From Octopus bimaculoides (Eukaryota), in the NCBI RefSeq assembly GCF_001194135.2, contig NC_068985.1, positions 86,289,257-86,325,941 of the forward strand: 36,685 bases of DNA. The letters run 5' to 3'. Shown one piece after another: positions 35,171 to 36,685 of this stretch (the stretch's first letter is position 1; every line of letters starts with the position of its first letter). The position numbers and the translations under genes are program-made. Below the pieces are notes generated by a model. It saw only the letters and a program-made list of their open reading frames with translations, had not been told where the DNA came from and ran no database searches.

Positions 35171-36574
35171 GTATGTCTATGTAGATCCTGCCATTTGGAT
35201 ACCTGGACAGGCCATGACTCCGTTTTAGCTCGTTGCTTGTGTTAGCAGCAGCAGAAGCTGTCCAAATGATGGTGTTGTTGGTACTTTAGATGTCACGCTG
35301 GGAACGGTAGTGGAAGACTAGCTGCTGGTTGGCGGCAGCGTTGGTGAATGCTGTGGTAGTAATTGGTAGTTGTAGTAATGGTAAATGCCATGTTAGTTGT
35401 CACCGATGGCTGAAGTTTAAATATTTACAATTTTAAACATGTTTCACAAAGGTTAAGTTCGATTTTCTGAATGGTGTGTAAAAGATGTCTTTTTTTCTGG
35501 TTATTTATTTACATTAACTTAATAAGCATCTGTTATTAACAAATTTACATTATTAGTAGACATTCTTGACAAAGTGTAACAATATAAAATATTTGTATCA
35601 CCGTGTATGCAAGTGGGTTCGAGTATACACATATATTGTATGTGTGTGCTGTACTGTCATATCTAGCGCACTAGATGCAATGAATGTTACAGAGTCAGTA
35701 CAAATCAGTCAATACACATCTGAATCAAAGAGTATTTCAACACGCACACACCAACTTTAAAAAGAAATGAAAAATACAGGTAATTCACATGTTTGTTGTT
35801 AGTAGTAAACTGAAAGATTGTAATATCAATAAAATGGGAATTAAAGAAGGCATTCTGATTTATAAACCATACAAAAGCCAACAATTAGTAAATGGTTTGA
35901 ATGAGAATACCATAACACACAATGCTTGACCTAATTCTTCCTCACACATATGTTCCCCCATGCCTCAATAGTTAGACTGTAGAACTCAATCACAACTCTA
36001 CATCTCAATATCTTTAAATCGTGATATTTCTAATGCCACACGCACATTTAATACTCCAACAAAATGGACATGTAATATACATATCTCTCTTGTAATTTAA
36101 AACTATTGAAGAAGTGTTTGTAACTCAAAATATCAGGAATAAAAAAATATATATATAACTAAGGTAACATTTGAATAACTTTGTTATTCTTGGTCTTGAT
36201 GTTAAATGTTCTGTCTGCATTGTTGTCATTCTGTGTAACAAACTTCTACCTCTCTGTATACACACACAAGTGCACTTTCACATGTATGCGTGCACACATT
36301 CATATGTAAATATACACATTGGTATTCCTTCTGTGTTGACAGTGAGCAATTGTATTTAATGCTATCTGGTTAACTAAAGCTGTATATCATTGATATTGTC
36401 AGAGTTTATTAATTATGAAGCTAGTACTGACAATTAGTTTCAAAATTAATTGCAGAACATATCATATTCTCATCTAAGTTTATAAATTCAAATATTTGTT
36501 AATAAACTAATGATAAAAAGTCAATATATTATTATTGTTTAGTTTTATATACATACAAACACAAATACATACAA

Positions 36575-36685
36575 ACGTATGTATGTATGTATGTATGTAT
36601 GTATGTATGTATGTATGTATGCATGCATGTATGTATGTATGCATGCATGCATGTATGTATGTATGTATGTATGTATGTATATATA
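36575..36685. repeat. (TATG)n microsatellite with TGCA interruptions
   Basis: Direct reading. Confidence 0.95.

Overview
Eukaryotic, AT-rich, repeat-dense DNA from a fragmented draft assembly with many N gaps, most of them flanked by microsatellites. The repeat families look like those I recall from octopus (coleoid cephalopod) genomes; this is recognition from memory, not a database result. No host protein-coding gene, tRNA, rRNA or CRISPR array could be confidently supported, and most of the ORF track is translated microsatellite or gap. The window contains several tRNA-type SINE families and an RTE-tailed short element with internal tandem hairpin units. It also has three decayed RTE-type LINE fragments, an internally deleted hAT transposase with a 5' intron, an R4/Dong-like LINE fused in frame to an L1/Tx1-like 3' fragment, and two Penelope-like termini. 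The best leads are a minimal type I hammerhead ribozyme motif on the minus strand at 12383-12430 and a 64-bp inverted repeat at 10439-10729 whose transition mismatches are all G-U compatible on the plus strand. The structured ~65-bp arrays inside the short elements and the chimeric R4-Tx1 reading frame are also worth follow-up. All protein assignments come from manual translation and motif recall, and most element boundaries are approximate.
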